Origin: Bigelowiella natans CCMP2755
Taxonomy: Eukaryota; Protista; Cercozoa
Direction of reading: 5' to 3'
NCBI GenBank assembly: GCA_000320545.1
Contig: ADNK01003130.1
Span: 51,829 to 115,828, forward strand
DNA length: 64,000 nucleotides
Below the pieces are notes generated by a model that saw nothing but the letters and a program-made list of their open reading frames with translations, was not told the origin of the DNA and ran no database searches. The position numbers and the translations under genes are program-made. This document shows positions 1 through 11,711 of this stretch, in pieces (the stretch's first letter is position 1; every line of letters starts with the position of its first letter).

Positions 1-311
1 TCATCGTTCTGTGGCTTGCTTGCGCACGTGTCCATCAAGTGTTCGTGGAAAGTGCGAGCTTCTGTTCCCAATGTTCAAGGCCACTCTTCACACTGCAGTG
101 CACTGCGACGCAGCCACGCTCGGGGTGTTGTGCAAATGAAACCAGCCATGAAGACGCGAGGTCTGAATGAATGAAGATGAACAATGGAAGAACGATGATG
201 AACGCAAAAAAAAAAAAGACTGAAAACAACAAACAAAAGTCCTTCGAATTCAAGGCAAGAATTCATCCCGAAAACATCCCATCACCATCAACATCAAACA
301 TTCGGAGGAAC
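1..311. other. TpA-free tract (probable hypermutated repeat or TE remnant, runs off the window edge)
   Basis: No TA dinucleotide in bases 1-311; the first TA (312-313) is in CTAA context. Confidence 0.6.
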
Positions 312-328
312 TAAGATGTTGGGAATTG

Positions 329-339
329 AAAAAAAAAAA
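329..339 (-). terminator. RNA polymerase III oligo-T terminator of the 5S gene
   Basis: A11 on + strand (T11 on minus) immediately 3' of the 5S gene. Confidence 0.85.
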
Positions 340-342
340 GGT

Positions 343-462
343 TGGATACAACAACGCCGTGTTCCCGCGTGGTCCCCCACCGCAGTACTAACGAGTCCCA
401 ACGACGCTTAACTTCCGAGTTCGGCAGGGATCGGGTGTATTAGTCGTGGTATGGTCGTATCC
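343..462 (-). rRNA. 5S rRNA: 5S rRNA gene
   Basis: Minus strand reads GGATACGACCATACC...CCGATCCC...GAACTCGGAAGTTAAGC...TTAGTACTGCGGTGGGGGACC...GGGAACAC...GTTGTATCC; about 120 nt, complementary termini (helix I), box A/C-type motifs. Confidence 0.95.
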
Positions 463-988
463 ATTAACATTCAAATGTTTTTACTACTTACTAAAGTATA
501 AAAATTATGAAATTACTATGTGATTTAATGCCATTCATAGGCTGCGACAATCCAAAAGGCTCGGATTCTTCTAATTCCTCTGATCTGCGATAACCTGGCA
601 CATCTCAACTGACCGCTGCTCTTCCTCCAGAGAATAGCGTCGCACATATCCTCGAGCCAGCAGGAAGACCGGGAGGGCCTGTTGGACACCGCACTTCACC
701 CCCTTCTCCACGGACGCATGGATCGGGGTGACCACAAACCAGAGGTGGAGCCAATGTATGGTAGCCTGGATTTCCAGGAAGGGATGACACCTTCGAGCAT
801 CCGAAGACGCAAGAGCAAAAGCGGCTTACTGCGCAGGTAAAAAAACAGACTACACTCACGTTATCCCGAGTTATTGCTCATCTTTAACTACAATTTAGGC
901 ATAATAGTGTGTTGGGAGCGGCCTTCCAAAAATCTCGCAGCATCAATCGCAGGAACAAAACGCGTAAAAACACAAATAATACCATATT

Positions 989-991
<3 letters not shown>

Positions 992-1024
<33 letters not shown>
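992..1024. repeat. (AG)n microsatellite
   Basis: Directly visible. Confidence 0.95.
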
Positions 1025-1030
<6 letters not shown>

Positions 1031-1142
1031 AAAATGGCCAGTTTTTCGCATACACCTTCACTTGTCACTGCATATCCAGAATTCTACAAATAGCTAAATA
1101 ATATTGCCAGATGCAAAGAAACTTCGACGTCTTCGCTCAGAA

Positions 1143-2492
1143 ATGACTCACGTGGCCAGGGGCAATATCGGAAGCAATAACAACGATGTTGAGAGCAGTG
1201 ACGCGCGATCACAACCGCTTCTTTCGCATCACAGGCAGGACCCACCTAAAATACCACACTCATGGCTTTATTCGATGCTAAACCCGGGTTCAAAGAAGCC
1301 ACAGGCAAAAGTTTATAAGTATCTTATGTCGGTGCTGATCATTCTTGACACCGGGCTGTTTATCGTTTCAACAGTACGTTCTGTCAACCAAAAGATAGGC
1401 TACTTTCTCTACATTCACGAGGGCTTCATGAGCTCCTTATTCTGCCTCGAGTACATTACCCGCCTGTACATTATTACAGAGAGCAGGAAGTATCGCGCCC
1501 CAATTGCCGGAAGACTTGCTTACATGTGCTCTTTCGCTGCGTTGGTTGATGCTCTGTCGTTCCTCCCCTTCTTCATTGAAATCATCTTCTCAGAGGAGTT
1601 ACCGACATTGACATACTTGCGAATCTTCCGGTTGATGAGGATTTTGAAGACGGAGTCTTACGCATCTGCATGCGCCTCGGCGTCGCGTGTTATTAAGTAC
1701 AACAGCGAGATTTTGGTTGTGGCCTTCCTCATGTGTGCGATGCTCCTGCTATTTACCTCCACCATCCTTTACTATTTGCGTCCTGGATTAGGGGCACACA
1801 CGGGAGACGGCAACGATTTCCTATCCATCCCTGATTGCATGTATCTTGCCATCCTCATGTTGACAGGGCAGGGGGTACCCGATGGCGTCCTTCCTTGGTA
1901 CACAAAGAGCGTGGTTGTCCTCACAGCTGTGTTCTCCGTTGCTATGTTTGCAATTCCCTCCTCTATGCTCACCTGGGGTTTCGAAGCTGAGGCCGAGAGG
2001 ATGGCCCACGTCAGGTATCTGAAATCGAAGAAGCGACGGGATTACCTTCGGAAATATAAGAAGGAGCCGCCATTGTCGGATAGTAGCAGTTCTAATACGG
2101 ATGGGGACACGAGTGACGAAGACTATTTCAAGCAGATTGCAGGTGTGAGCGGCTCGGACTCAGAAGATGAGGCCAAAAAGGACGCAAAAAGGTTGTTTTC
2201 GCAAGGTGATAAGGACGCCAACGCCAAGATCAACTTCGACGAGTTTTGGAATCTTTACAAAAGCATGCAGGAGGATTCAAGGCTAGGTCGTGGCCGGCTG
2301 TTCCAAGATCAGTCGCCTCGTAAGCATTCTAGGTTCCCCCTGATGTCAAACCACCGTCTAACAGATGCCAAGAATTCAGAAGGTAGCAGTGGAGGTGAAG
2401 ATTTGTTGAAAGAGATTCTAAACGAAGTCCGCGAGCAAGCAAAGCGCATTGATAAGCTTACTTCCATAGTCCGCACACTTCAGAAAAATTGA
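1143..2492 (+). CDS. 6-TM voltage-gated cation (K+-type) channel-like protein with C-terminal EF-hand
   Basis: S4 LRIFRLMRILK, pore region CMYLAILMLTGQG, S6 AMFAIPSSML, EF loop DKDANAKINFDEF, terminal coiled coil. A possible upstream exon lies at 718-836. Confidence 0.88.
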   Translation: MTHVARGNIGSNNNDVESSDARSQPLLSHHRQDPPKIPHSWLYSMLNPGSKKPQAKVYKYLMSVLIILDTGLFIVSTVRSVNQKIGYFLYIHEGFMSSLFCLEYITRLYIITESRKYRAPIAGRLAYMCSFAALVDALSFLPFFIEIIFSEELPTLTYLRIFRLMRILKTESYASACASASRVIKYNSEILVVAFLMCAMLLLFTSTILYYLRPGLGAHTGDGNDFLSIPDCMYLAILMLTGQGVPDGVLPWYTKSVVVLTAVFSVAMFAIPSSMLTWGFEAEAERMAHVRYLKSKKRRDYLRKYKKEPPLSDSSSSNTDGDTSDEDYFKQIAGVSGSDSEDEAKKDAKRLFSQGDKDANAKINFDEFWNLYKSMQEDSRLGRGRLFQDQSPRKHSRFPLMSNHRLTDAKNSEGSSGGEDLLKEILNEVREQAKRIDKLTSIVRTLQKN

Positions 2493-3202
2493 ATGGTGAG
2501 CATCGTCTTGTAATCTTGTAATGAAAGAAAATTTCCAGTTGTGGATGAGACAAAAAATTATGAATGTATATGTAGCATCAACTATCAATCCTTGCCACAC
2601 AATAATACACGCGTCATCTGCCTTGTACACGCTGCACATGTCATTCAATGTTTCCTTTTGCGCGAGATGTGCTAGTTTGATACCGCTGCGATCGTTTGCT
2701 TTGTTCTACTCGATCAGTAGACAGCGCTGTATCGTCCATAGCGACGCTATAAAGCTATGTATGTGCTGTCACTATTGAAGCATCCACGAGCTTATTGTCT
2801 ATGTAGGGCGCCGTTACATGACTTATAACTGGCGCGCTACATGTGAAATCACCATATATCTAGCTACATGTTGCATGTTGCGGCAGGCTGTAAATAAACG
2901 TTAAACACTTAGAAACTATGCGCTGCTAGGACTAAGTCCGATTAGTCTTTCGAGACATTAAAACGCTCGTATTCTTTATATCTTGCATCACGTAGCGCAA
3001 CGAATACCTATCGGCTGGTGTACCATGCGATGCATGCGCGCTGTCTTGCTGCGCGCAGTGCATGTACAGAATGGTGCGCTTTTCTCGTACCATGCATGAT
3101 CGCAACATATACTCTGCAAACACTAGCCAAATAAAGTTTATGTAATATAAGACGACAATATGCCTGATGGATTGCGTTCACACACAGCTTCGTATCGAAT
3201 CA

Positions 3203-3906
3203 TTATAGAATTTTCGTCAAAAGTCTAATAGCAACTGGGGTAAGATGGCTTCGAGATGCCTGAAGAATCAATTGTGCTGTTGAGAGGGTGTAATATACTA
3301 CATGACCAACAATCATGCAGGTCGTTGTATAATTTGTAATTGAGAACGAACGGAATATGTATTCAATCTTACGTGGTGCCAACGTCTTCGCCTTCTCCCT
3401 TTGCAACACTCCGAGACCTCAATATAGCTTCTATATATTTTTGGAAGAGATTGTCTTAGCATATCATTTTTGTGGTCAGATGTGATATGTTCTAACTGAC
3501 CTTTTACAAATATATTTACAAGCTCTGTGGCTAATATGATGCCATCTTTCGAGCCTGTGATGAGAGGAGTGAATGGGAGGAAGGGTGAGAAGAAATATGG
3601 TTTTTGCCGAGCTGTAAATTTTACTGCATCTCTTCGACTAAGGACAATCATCAGCTCATATAAGCGCTAGTTGTGTCGTACTTTGGCTGACAAATATTAT
3701 TCTCTTCTTTTCAGCCTAGGGTACTTTTCAATAAAACCTTTAATCAAGTTTCCAGATTGCTGAGCGTTTTCCAGCAAGTTTTTCACGAGATCCTTTCGCA
3801 TATCGAATTCGCAGGATGATAAGTCTATAAAGATTCTCATGTGATATGCAATACACAATGACCAACGCCTCTCCACTATCGTCACCGGCGAAAACGACGG
3901 CTCCAT
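3203..3906 (-). CDS. Hypothetical protein, multi-exon
   Basis: Consecutive minus-strand ORF pieces with GT..AG-bounded gaps; no recognisable domain. Confidence 0.3.
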
Positions 3907-4401
3907 CCTAAGCCTGGCCGATGCGAAAGACTTCCCTCCAAAAAAATGCAAGAGTTATGATTTCTTTCTGTAATGCGAGAAGAACCATGACGCTAGATAA
4001 AAACGACATTAATTTTCAAGAAAACACATTGTATTTACAATAGAGGAGATTCTAATTATACGACAAGAACAAATCCAGCATATTATGAGGTCTTTGATCA
4101 CCTTAGCCTGATGGTCGGTGTTCTCTTTGCTTTGAAATGCAACAACTTTTATATGATTTGCGTCATCAACCTTATCATTGGTAATTTGCTAGTTTAATTT
4201 GTTAAAAATCGATTGAAGCATGCCAGATCTATCCGAATTCCAGGCTAGAGTCTTATAGTATTATCTTAGCGCGCCGGGGGTGTTGCCGCTTTTAATTTCG
4301 AAATGATTTGATTTTTATACTGCGTCAACAAGATAATTGCGAATTTGTGTGTAATCTCGGATAATTGCTCGTTCCAATGCATTAGATCACGTGGCGATCT
4401 A

Positions 4402-4727
4402 ATGGGTGTTTGCACCTCCGCCGAGCGCGACGAGGAAGCTGCCGTGCATCCGGAGAGGAGCGAGGGCAACACTATCGTGTTGATTGGGCCGGCGAAGTCT
4501 GGAAAATCAACCTTGTTCAAACAGCTTATACTGAACTTCGGGGAGGGGTTCAGTGTGGAGGACAGGAAGTCGTACTCTGATGCCATTCGCTGCCGCACGC
4601 TCGAGTATATGCAACAGCTAATCCAAGAAAATGAAAAGCTTCTGTCAGAGGGTGATAGCGTAATAGAAGCCAAAGGTCATACATTGGGATAAAGATTATA
4701 TATTTATACAAACACACACACACACAC

Positions 4728-4765
<38 letters not shown>

Positions 4766-5201
4766 ATTAATTGAGAGGAGACGAGAGCGACAGCATGGGG
4801 ACGCAACACTTAATCTTGACATGCACATACAACAGGGAAAGACCTGCAACTGGACGAGGAGCACAGGGAATCTTCTAAAGTTGTTTTGGGGCAGGATCCA
4901 TACCAAGAACGCATTAATGTATTAAGGAGTAGTGTCGCCAAGCACGTAGATAAGCTATGGGCGACTCCTGCCATACAGGCCACATTTGAATTAAAGGACC
5001 ACTTCCAGAAACGTTTAAACGAAAATGCAAATCATTTCCTCTCTCAAGCCTCCAAGATTGGGGAGGATAATTATATTCCAAGCGTTGAAGATATCATGCG
5101 ATGCCGGCAGCGGACTATTGGAAATACAGACAACAAGTACAATAAAATAAAACCTGATGCGCTCTCTTCTCCCTCCCCCCGCCCCCCTCCCCCCTCTCTC
5201 T

Positions 5202-5240
<39 letters not shown>

Positions 5241-5264
5241 CGCGATTGTACACATATATCAACA

Positions 5265-5299
<35 letters not shown>

Positions 5300-5912
5300 T
5301 GTGTGGTGTAAGCAGTTAATGCATATATTGAATTCGGTACTTTTGTTTCTCCTCTTTTATCGCTCTTGCTGAACCTATACTCTCATCAGATTCTCTTACG
5401 AGGGTATAGACTTTACTGTTTATGATCTGGGCGGGCAGTGGGATGAGCGCAGACACTGGCACCAGTTCATCGCGCGAGCATCAACTATCGTTTTTATGGT
5501 CAATATGGCCGGGTATGACGAGGCGCTTCATGAAGACCGCAAGATCAATTGCATGGAAGATGCATCCACCCTTTTCGCACGGCTCAGTGGCGCATCCATT
5601 TATAGGGATATCCCCATCGTAGTGTTCTTTAACAAAATGGACGTCTTCAGAAGTAAAATCAAGCGAATCCCCCTCACACAGTGCCCGTTGTTTGAAGATT
5701 TTGATGGCGCGGAAGGCGACGTTGACGCTGCTGCGAAGAATATTCAAACACATTTCGACTCGTGCAAGTTTGCATCACAGGGTAAATTTAGACGGTCGGT
5801 GAAATATCACTTTCTTTGCGCATTAGATATTGAGGCAGTGAAGACGATTTTCAACTCGGTTATGACTCATGTGCTCAAGCAGCAATTATTGGCGTCTGGT
5901 TTATCCCTATAG
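4402..5912 (+). CDS. Heterotrimeric G-protein alpha subunit (divergent), about 3 exons
   Basis: MGVC lipidation N-terminus, P-loop GPAKSGKST, switch I RCRQRTIG, DLGGQ..ERRHW, NKMD, CALD, C-terminal LLASGLSL. Confidence 0.92.
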
Positions 5913-6239
5913 GTTATAATAATAGTTTCACCGCTGGAACATATGAGAAAGCTGCAATGATAAATTTAAAACTCTGAGTAAAAAATTCAAAAAATGGATT
6001 GAGCTGGTACATGTGACACATTGACTGCTACGTTTGCACAGCTTGTGGCCATGTTGTGAGGGCATCGCAGGCGAGAAATGTTCGCGTATGTGTGCATGCG
6101 CGTTGGCAGACATGGTGTGCGCTGCTAGATAGCCGTACGTGAGCGCTTATGAACGATTAATTCCAAATGCTCTGCAGAATGCGAATTCATTTGATGCTTA
6201 CTTGTGCGTGCCTTGCCCCACCATTGCTGCTGTCGTGAC

Positions 6240-8047
6240 TCATGAATGAGAATTGTGTTGCTTCTACTGCAGCAATCAGCTGCTAATGAGACCATGAAAC
6301 AGATCCTGCGAAACTGCACTGACGAAGATGACGCAGTCAATCGAAGATGGAGTGCATGATGAAAAGCTTGCAGCCATGACATTGTTCACATGTGCCTCCA
6401 AAGCTCATCCAAAAGCCTGGCATTCCGGCATGATGCGCAAGTCATGTGAAAAATGTGGAACACGAGGCTCCCTGCCATCATGGGGACGACTGGCTCAGAA
6501 ATCGCACTGCCAGATTCAAATTTGGCAGTGCTGTTTCTGAACACATGAATCTGGAGAGCGGAGTCCCAGAAGGATCGTCTCTCAGTTGCTTCCTGTTCAC
6601 AACTTGTTGCGATGTTCATGAACAAACAAAAAGTGCAGATTTCCAAACGTGCTGTGACGATGTCACTCCATGCAAATCATTTCCCCCAAAGCGATGGGGG
6701 AAAATGCCAGACGATGTCCAGGCCGACCTGAACAAAATGACGGACTGGTGCATGAAATGGCGGATGCGATTCAATGGGGACAAGAGTGGATGCCTCATCA
6801 CAGACAAAAGAAACAAAGCCCGCCAACACCAATCTTGTTGGAACATCTCTCTGAGTCTCCAAGGCAAAGTGAAAAGGGTCGACAGCGGCAGATGTCTCGG
6901 ACCAATTTTCACAATCGACAACAAACTGACCTTTGAAAAACATGCTCTTGCTTCTCACCTGAGATTGCAAAAAAAGCGAAGGTTTTTGTCAAGGTTGTGT
7001 TGTTCCAGATTCCTCATGTCGCTGAATGTCAGATTGAAATTTTGCAAATCATGGTTCATTGCATCAAGCAGATGCGCAGCTCCAATGTGGAGATCACGAA
7101 AAAACATGCGAATCAAACAGATGGATTCCATGGAATCCCAAACCCTGAAAAGAGTGTTGGGATCACCTGGATCTGTCTCCAACGACGTTCCCCACGTCCT
7201 CACTGGCACATTGCCACCCCGACACCAAACAAAAGTGCAGTGTGCCAAATTGTGGTTGCGCACCAATGCATGAATCGATGCAGGCAACAGTCATGAAATG
7301 CATGAGAGAATGAATGACTGGAGCAGTTGTGGCTTCATCATTGAAAATCGAAAAATCCCAGGTGGCACATCGTGGATTGACGCATCCACAAAAACGTGGA
7401 ACAAAGTGTCTCTGTTTCGCCGGCTCAAATCGATCACTGACGATTTGTTGCATGACGAGCTTCCCACTGTTTTGACGACAACAGAAGCGCTCAAAAAAGA
7501 TCTGAAAAAACATCACAAAGTGATGAAATCATCTGCTTTCACCAAATTCGAGGAGGAATGGTCCAATGATTCACTGAGAGCTGTGCATCTCAAGAATCTT
7601 GGATTCCTTCTGTCATCTTCGATCACCGGCATCAAACTGAAACTTCCAAGTGTCGCTACATCATGGATGCGCGCCATCTGTGGAGTCGGCAATCTTGGAA
7701 AATTCATGTTTTCACGTGGACAATGTGCAGAGACAGATGCCACATGCGATGCATGTGGCATCCTGAAGGACATGGATCATCTCCTGCAATGTCCAACATG
7801 TGGTCAACAACAAATCAGATTGCGCAATCAAATGAGCGCAATCATGAATCGCAACGACGAGATGAACCGGCTAACAAAGGCTGAAAAAGATTCAAGAACT
7901 GTTGCGCGCAGTGCGCGACAACATCGGTCGCACGAGGACGCTTTCAAATGCATGAAGCACGTGGTGGCAGAAACCAACAGACACAACATTAGCGCTGTAG
8001 CCGCTGCATTGCACAGCTACATCAGGATGACCATTGAAAAAATTTAA
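6240..8047 (+). mobile_element. 5'-truncated, inactivated non-LTR (LINE) retrotransposon ORF2: reverse transcriptase plus C-terminal CCHC-type motif
   Basis: RT motifs RSCETAL, SKAxxxxWH, GVPEGSSLS, (Y>C)CDD, WxxKWRMRFN, R(Y>C)LG, F(Y>C)KS, (Y>C)AAPMW; zinc motif CDAC...HLLQC; frameshift near 6480 and in-frame TGA at 7271. Confidence 0.9.
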
Positions 8048-8382
8048 TTGTTCATCACATCCGTCTCACATACATGGGTGCTCATCGAAGGTGCCAATAC
8101 CAAATGAGCCTGCGCTGTGCTCATCATATGTTCCATGCATATAGAGGCATCTGCATTCGTTGATCAGTCAAACAAACAATGCTCGTTCATCCATTAACCA
8201 TCTAATGCGGCGATACTCGCTTGATCATGATCGTTCATGATCTGCTATGCTTTGGGCGCCATGCTGCATGTGTTCGCGTCGTTCATTTATTGACCTATGA
8301 TAATATTTCATTTCAATGGTAGACGTAGGCAGATGGGAACACACATAAAATGCTTGTGGATGCCGATGATGTCCCTGCATTT

Positions 8383-11031
8383 TTAACCAAAGAAGACCAG
8401 GTACGACTCCATATGGATGATTGGCGGGTAGCCGTTCCCGTCCTGGACTTCCTTATCAAAGACTGATGAGGAGGATGAGGAAACACCATCAACAATCATT
8501 GAAGTTGCGTGCCGTACAGGAGTGGATCATAGTGAAAACTAAGTATTTGATCATTTCGTAGGTTTTCGACTTCATGATTACACACACACACACACGCACA
8601 CACACTCACGCATACACATAAATATTATAGAGTAAAATGTGCTCACGTGTGTGTATGGTTGTGCGTGTGCGTGCGTGTGTGTGCGCGCGCGCGTGTTGTG
8701 CGAGGATATATATGCGCTTCATTTAGCACACGTCTTCGTGCGCGAGAGGAGCACCATCATAAAATATCGGCCTAGAATGAGCTCACCGTACTCTGCTCCA
8801 TCAAACAGGCTTTGGTAACCGACCCGCAGCTCCACGCCCGAATTTTTCCCATCAAACACAGTTCCCATCTGGAGCGGCACACGCCATATGGGTACATCCG
8901 AGCCTGGACACCATCCACTTCGTCCCGTCTCCCATGTCCCATACCTGATGCATCATCGGGGAGAGCGACGTTAGAAGAAACATAGAGCATATTGCAAACT
9001 CTAACGCATTGCAGGAGGACAGGGGAAGACAGAAAACAAAAAAAATAGAATCCTAAATCTCCAATCTCGCTCTTGATTTCTCTCCCAAAGTGAGCTGCCA
9101 CCCACTGCTGTGCGCGGATGGTGAATCGTTCATCCTCACGCACTCTCCACCATCGTCGTTTGTGCATCATTATATCGTAATATTCTTTTCATTACTGGTT
9201 CGGCGTTACGCCGCGATCCACGTAGGCTGCGCACCCCGTTGCGGTGCCACTATGGGGAAACGAGAGCCGTGCCTCCCCCCCCCCTCCCTTTTTCATTCCC
9301 CTGTGATGATCGCCGTCGCCATCGTCGTCGTGGGAGGCGGCAGTGACTTCGTGCCAGAATACATGCTCATGGTTGCAGAATTCCGCGCAGTTTGCAGTGT
9401 CGAAGCCCCAGCCGTGGCCTGTTACAATGGCCGCAATTTCAGCTCTCCGGAATCTCTGTAAGAAATCGCCGGGCAGCAATGGGGAAGAATGCGTGGTCGC
9501 ATCCCCCCCCCCCCGCCTGACGAGGAAACGCACTTGACCTCCTCCTCCTTCGTCGTGGGGGCTTCTGCTGCTACTCCGGAATTTGGTGGCATTGTTATCA
9601 TAGATAGGAGAAAGCTGATTGAGATGTTGCGAGTGTTGTTCGGCCCAGTGTTGAAATGATCGAATGGCCCGCCTTTAAACAGAGGGATGCTAAAGAACGG
9701 TCTCTCTGTCCCCACGCTATTATGGCTCTCTTGCCCTGCCATGTTGGCACACGTCCTCGTTGTTTTTGCAGCAGCTGCACCGTGATAGTGCTCACTTGTG
9801 GAGGGAATGAGAGGAGGAGAAGGAGGAGACGCAACGGTAGAATTGCGGCTGTTTCTACCTTTCGCGCCGTTCTCTTCTCTTCCATTGTTTCTTTTGATGC
9901 CTGTACTACTACTACTACTAGAGTCATCGTAGATGTGCTCATGATCCACATCGGTTGCTGTGAGCTCCTCGCCGCTAACGAAGCCGTTTTCTTCATAACC
10001 GCGACCACCACCAATACTGCCGCTGTTGTAATTACGCGTGCGTTCGCTGCTATGCTTGCTGTTATAATCGTCTATCTGGTTGCTGCTACTGTTGTAGCCC
10101 CGAGCCCTAGTACGACTCTGGGTGCCATCCAACTCACTATTCAGACCAGTCCTCCAGATCCCTTCCCTCTCTTTCTGCTGCGCCCCCCCCTCGCCAGTGG
10201 AGAGCAGCACCCCAGCAGCGAAGTCAAACGAGGCCGCCGGGTGGGTTGTTGTCTTGACGCTGCCGCCGAAATCGTCTTCTATGAAAGGAGGTTGCTGGCG
10301 GGGAGACGTGGGAGAGACAGAAGCAGCATCAGCACCTTCCAGCTCTTGCTCACGATACGGCCGAGGAGGAGGAGGAGGAGGAGGAGCCCCTTCAAGAGAA
10401 GAAGAGGTGGTTGAAGACAGCAAGCCATAGGGAGTCGCCGGCGGGATGAGTCGGCTATTTGATAGCAGCAGCGAGAGCGACACGTCGTGATCCACAACAA
10501 TCCCTACGTGTTTTGAGATGGCAATTATGCTGATAGTAGTGATTGGCGGCTGTTGTTGTTGTTGTTGTTGTTGTTGCTGTTGTTGTTATTGTTGCTATTC
10601 TCAATAATATCACCAAAATCGTAATCAAGCATTAACCCGCTACACCCATCACCGCCACCGCCCCCCCCCCCACCTCTACCGCGCGAATATCAAAAAGCAA
10701 CAACGACTGAAAAGGCAGCAGCAGCAGCGGCAGCAGCAGCGACCATCAACAGTCGTCAGCCTGAAACGCACACTTGGCCCGCACTGAAGGATGATAGGCA
10801 GCATGGGAGAGATGTCTGTGACCCATCTCCCTTCGCTCGCATAAGGAGTCACCCATCGAGAGATCTGGTAGTCCTTCATTCCATCCTGCTGCGCACGTAT
10901 TCTTGGAGGAGGAGGAGGAGGAGGAGAGGGGGGAGAGAGAGAGGAAGTGATGAGCAAAGGGAGAGGAGAGGATCGTCACATTTTTAGGAGAGGATTTTGT
11001 CTGCGTTGAGACCGTCTAATAGGCTTCCTCA

Positions 11032-11063
<32 letters not shown>

Positions 11064-11676
11064 ATGCTGCTGCTACTACTATTACCACTACTACTTACCA
11101 TCTACTTTCTTACTCTATGAAGTAGTATCATCGACATAAAGTTGCAAATTCAGATACTCGTCGTTGTTACGGGGGGATAGCATTGCTAGCATACCGGAGT
11201 TCCTCCGTCTTATTCTTGGCCTTGATCGCCTTCTCAGCGACTGGATCCAGAGCATCTTTCTCCTTGGCTTCCTGTGCGGGCGCTACGAAGAGATGAAGCA
11301 GATGGTCCCATTCTCCGCAATTCTGTCGCAATCGACCGCGGCACTAAATATTCATGATCAACAGCAGTGTTACCATCCCAGTAAACACGTTTGACGTGTT
11401 TGTAGGCTGCTGCTGCTACTTATACTTGTGTTACTTGTGCTTTTGCTTACGATTAGGAGCATTACCTGTAGATGCAGATCAACGTGCAAGCGTGCGAACG
11501 ATCCAAAGCTCTTCGGTAGGGTCAGGACGGTATCCACCCGCCGCCCTAGATGGTGCTCAGAGGCATCGAAGATACGCAGAAGGTCGGAGGAGGGAGTGGT
11601 AGGGGAGGGGGGGGAGGGGGGGATCCGCTTTGGGGGGAGGGTATTTCTTGCTGAATGCGCGAAAGTTTGGGCGTGA

Positions 11677-11711
<35 letters not shown>

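Noticed and set aside
600-840. Possible RNase P, SRP or U1 RNA next to the 5S gene (AAAAGCGGCTTAC, TTACCTG)
   Set aside because: No matching partner strand or Sm site found; better explained as a possible first exon with donor CAG|GTAAAA.
7271-7273. In-frame TGA as selenocysteine or readthrough
   Set aside because: The element also has a frameshift and a destroyed YxDD motif; simple decay is sufficient.
6240-8047. Classical RIP, CpG decay or an alternative genetic code (TGY = Tyr) as the explanation for the LINE
   Set aside because: RIP and 5mC decay would raise TpA/TpG via C>T, and CpG is still plentiful here. Neighbouring genes use TAY for Tyr and TGY for Cys normally. TpA is missing in all codon phases, not only Tyr codons.
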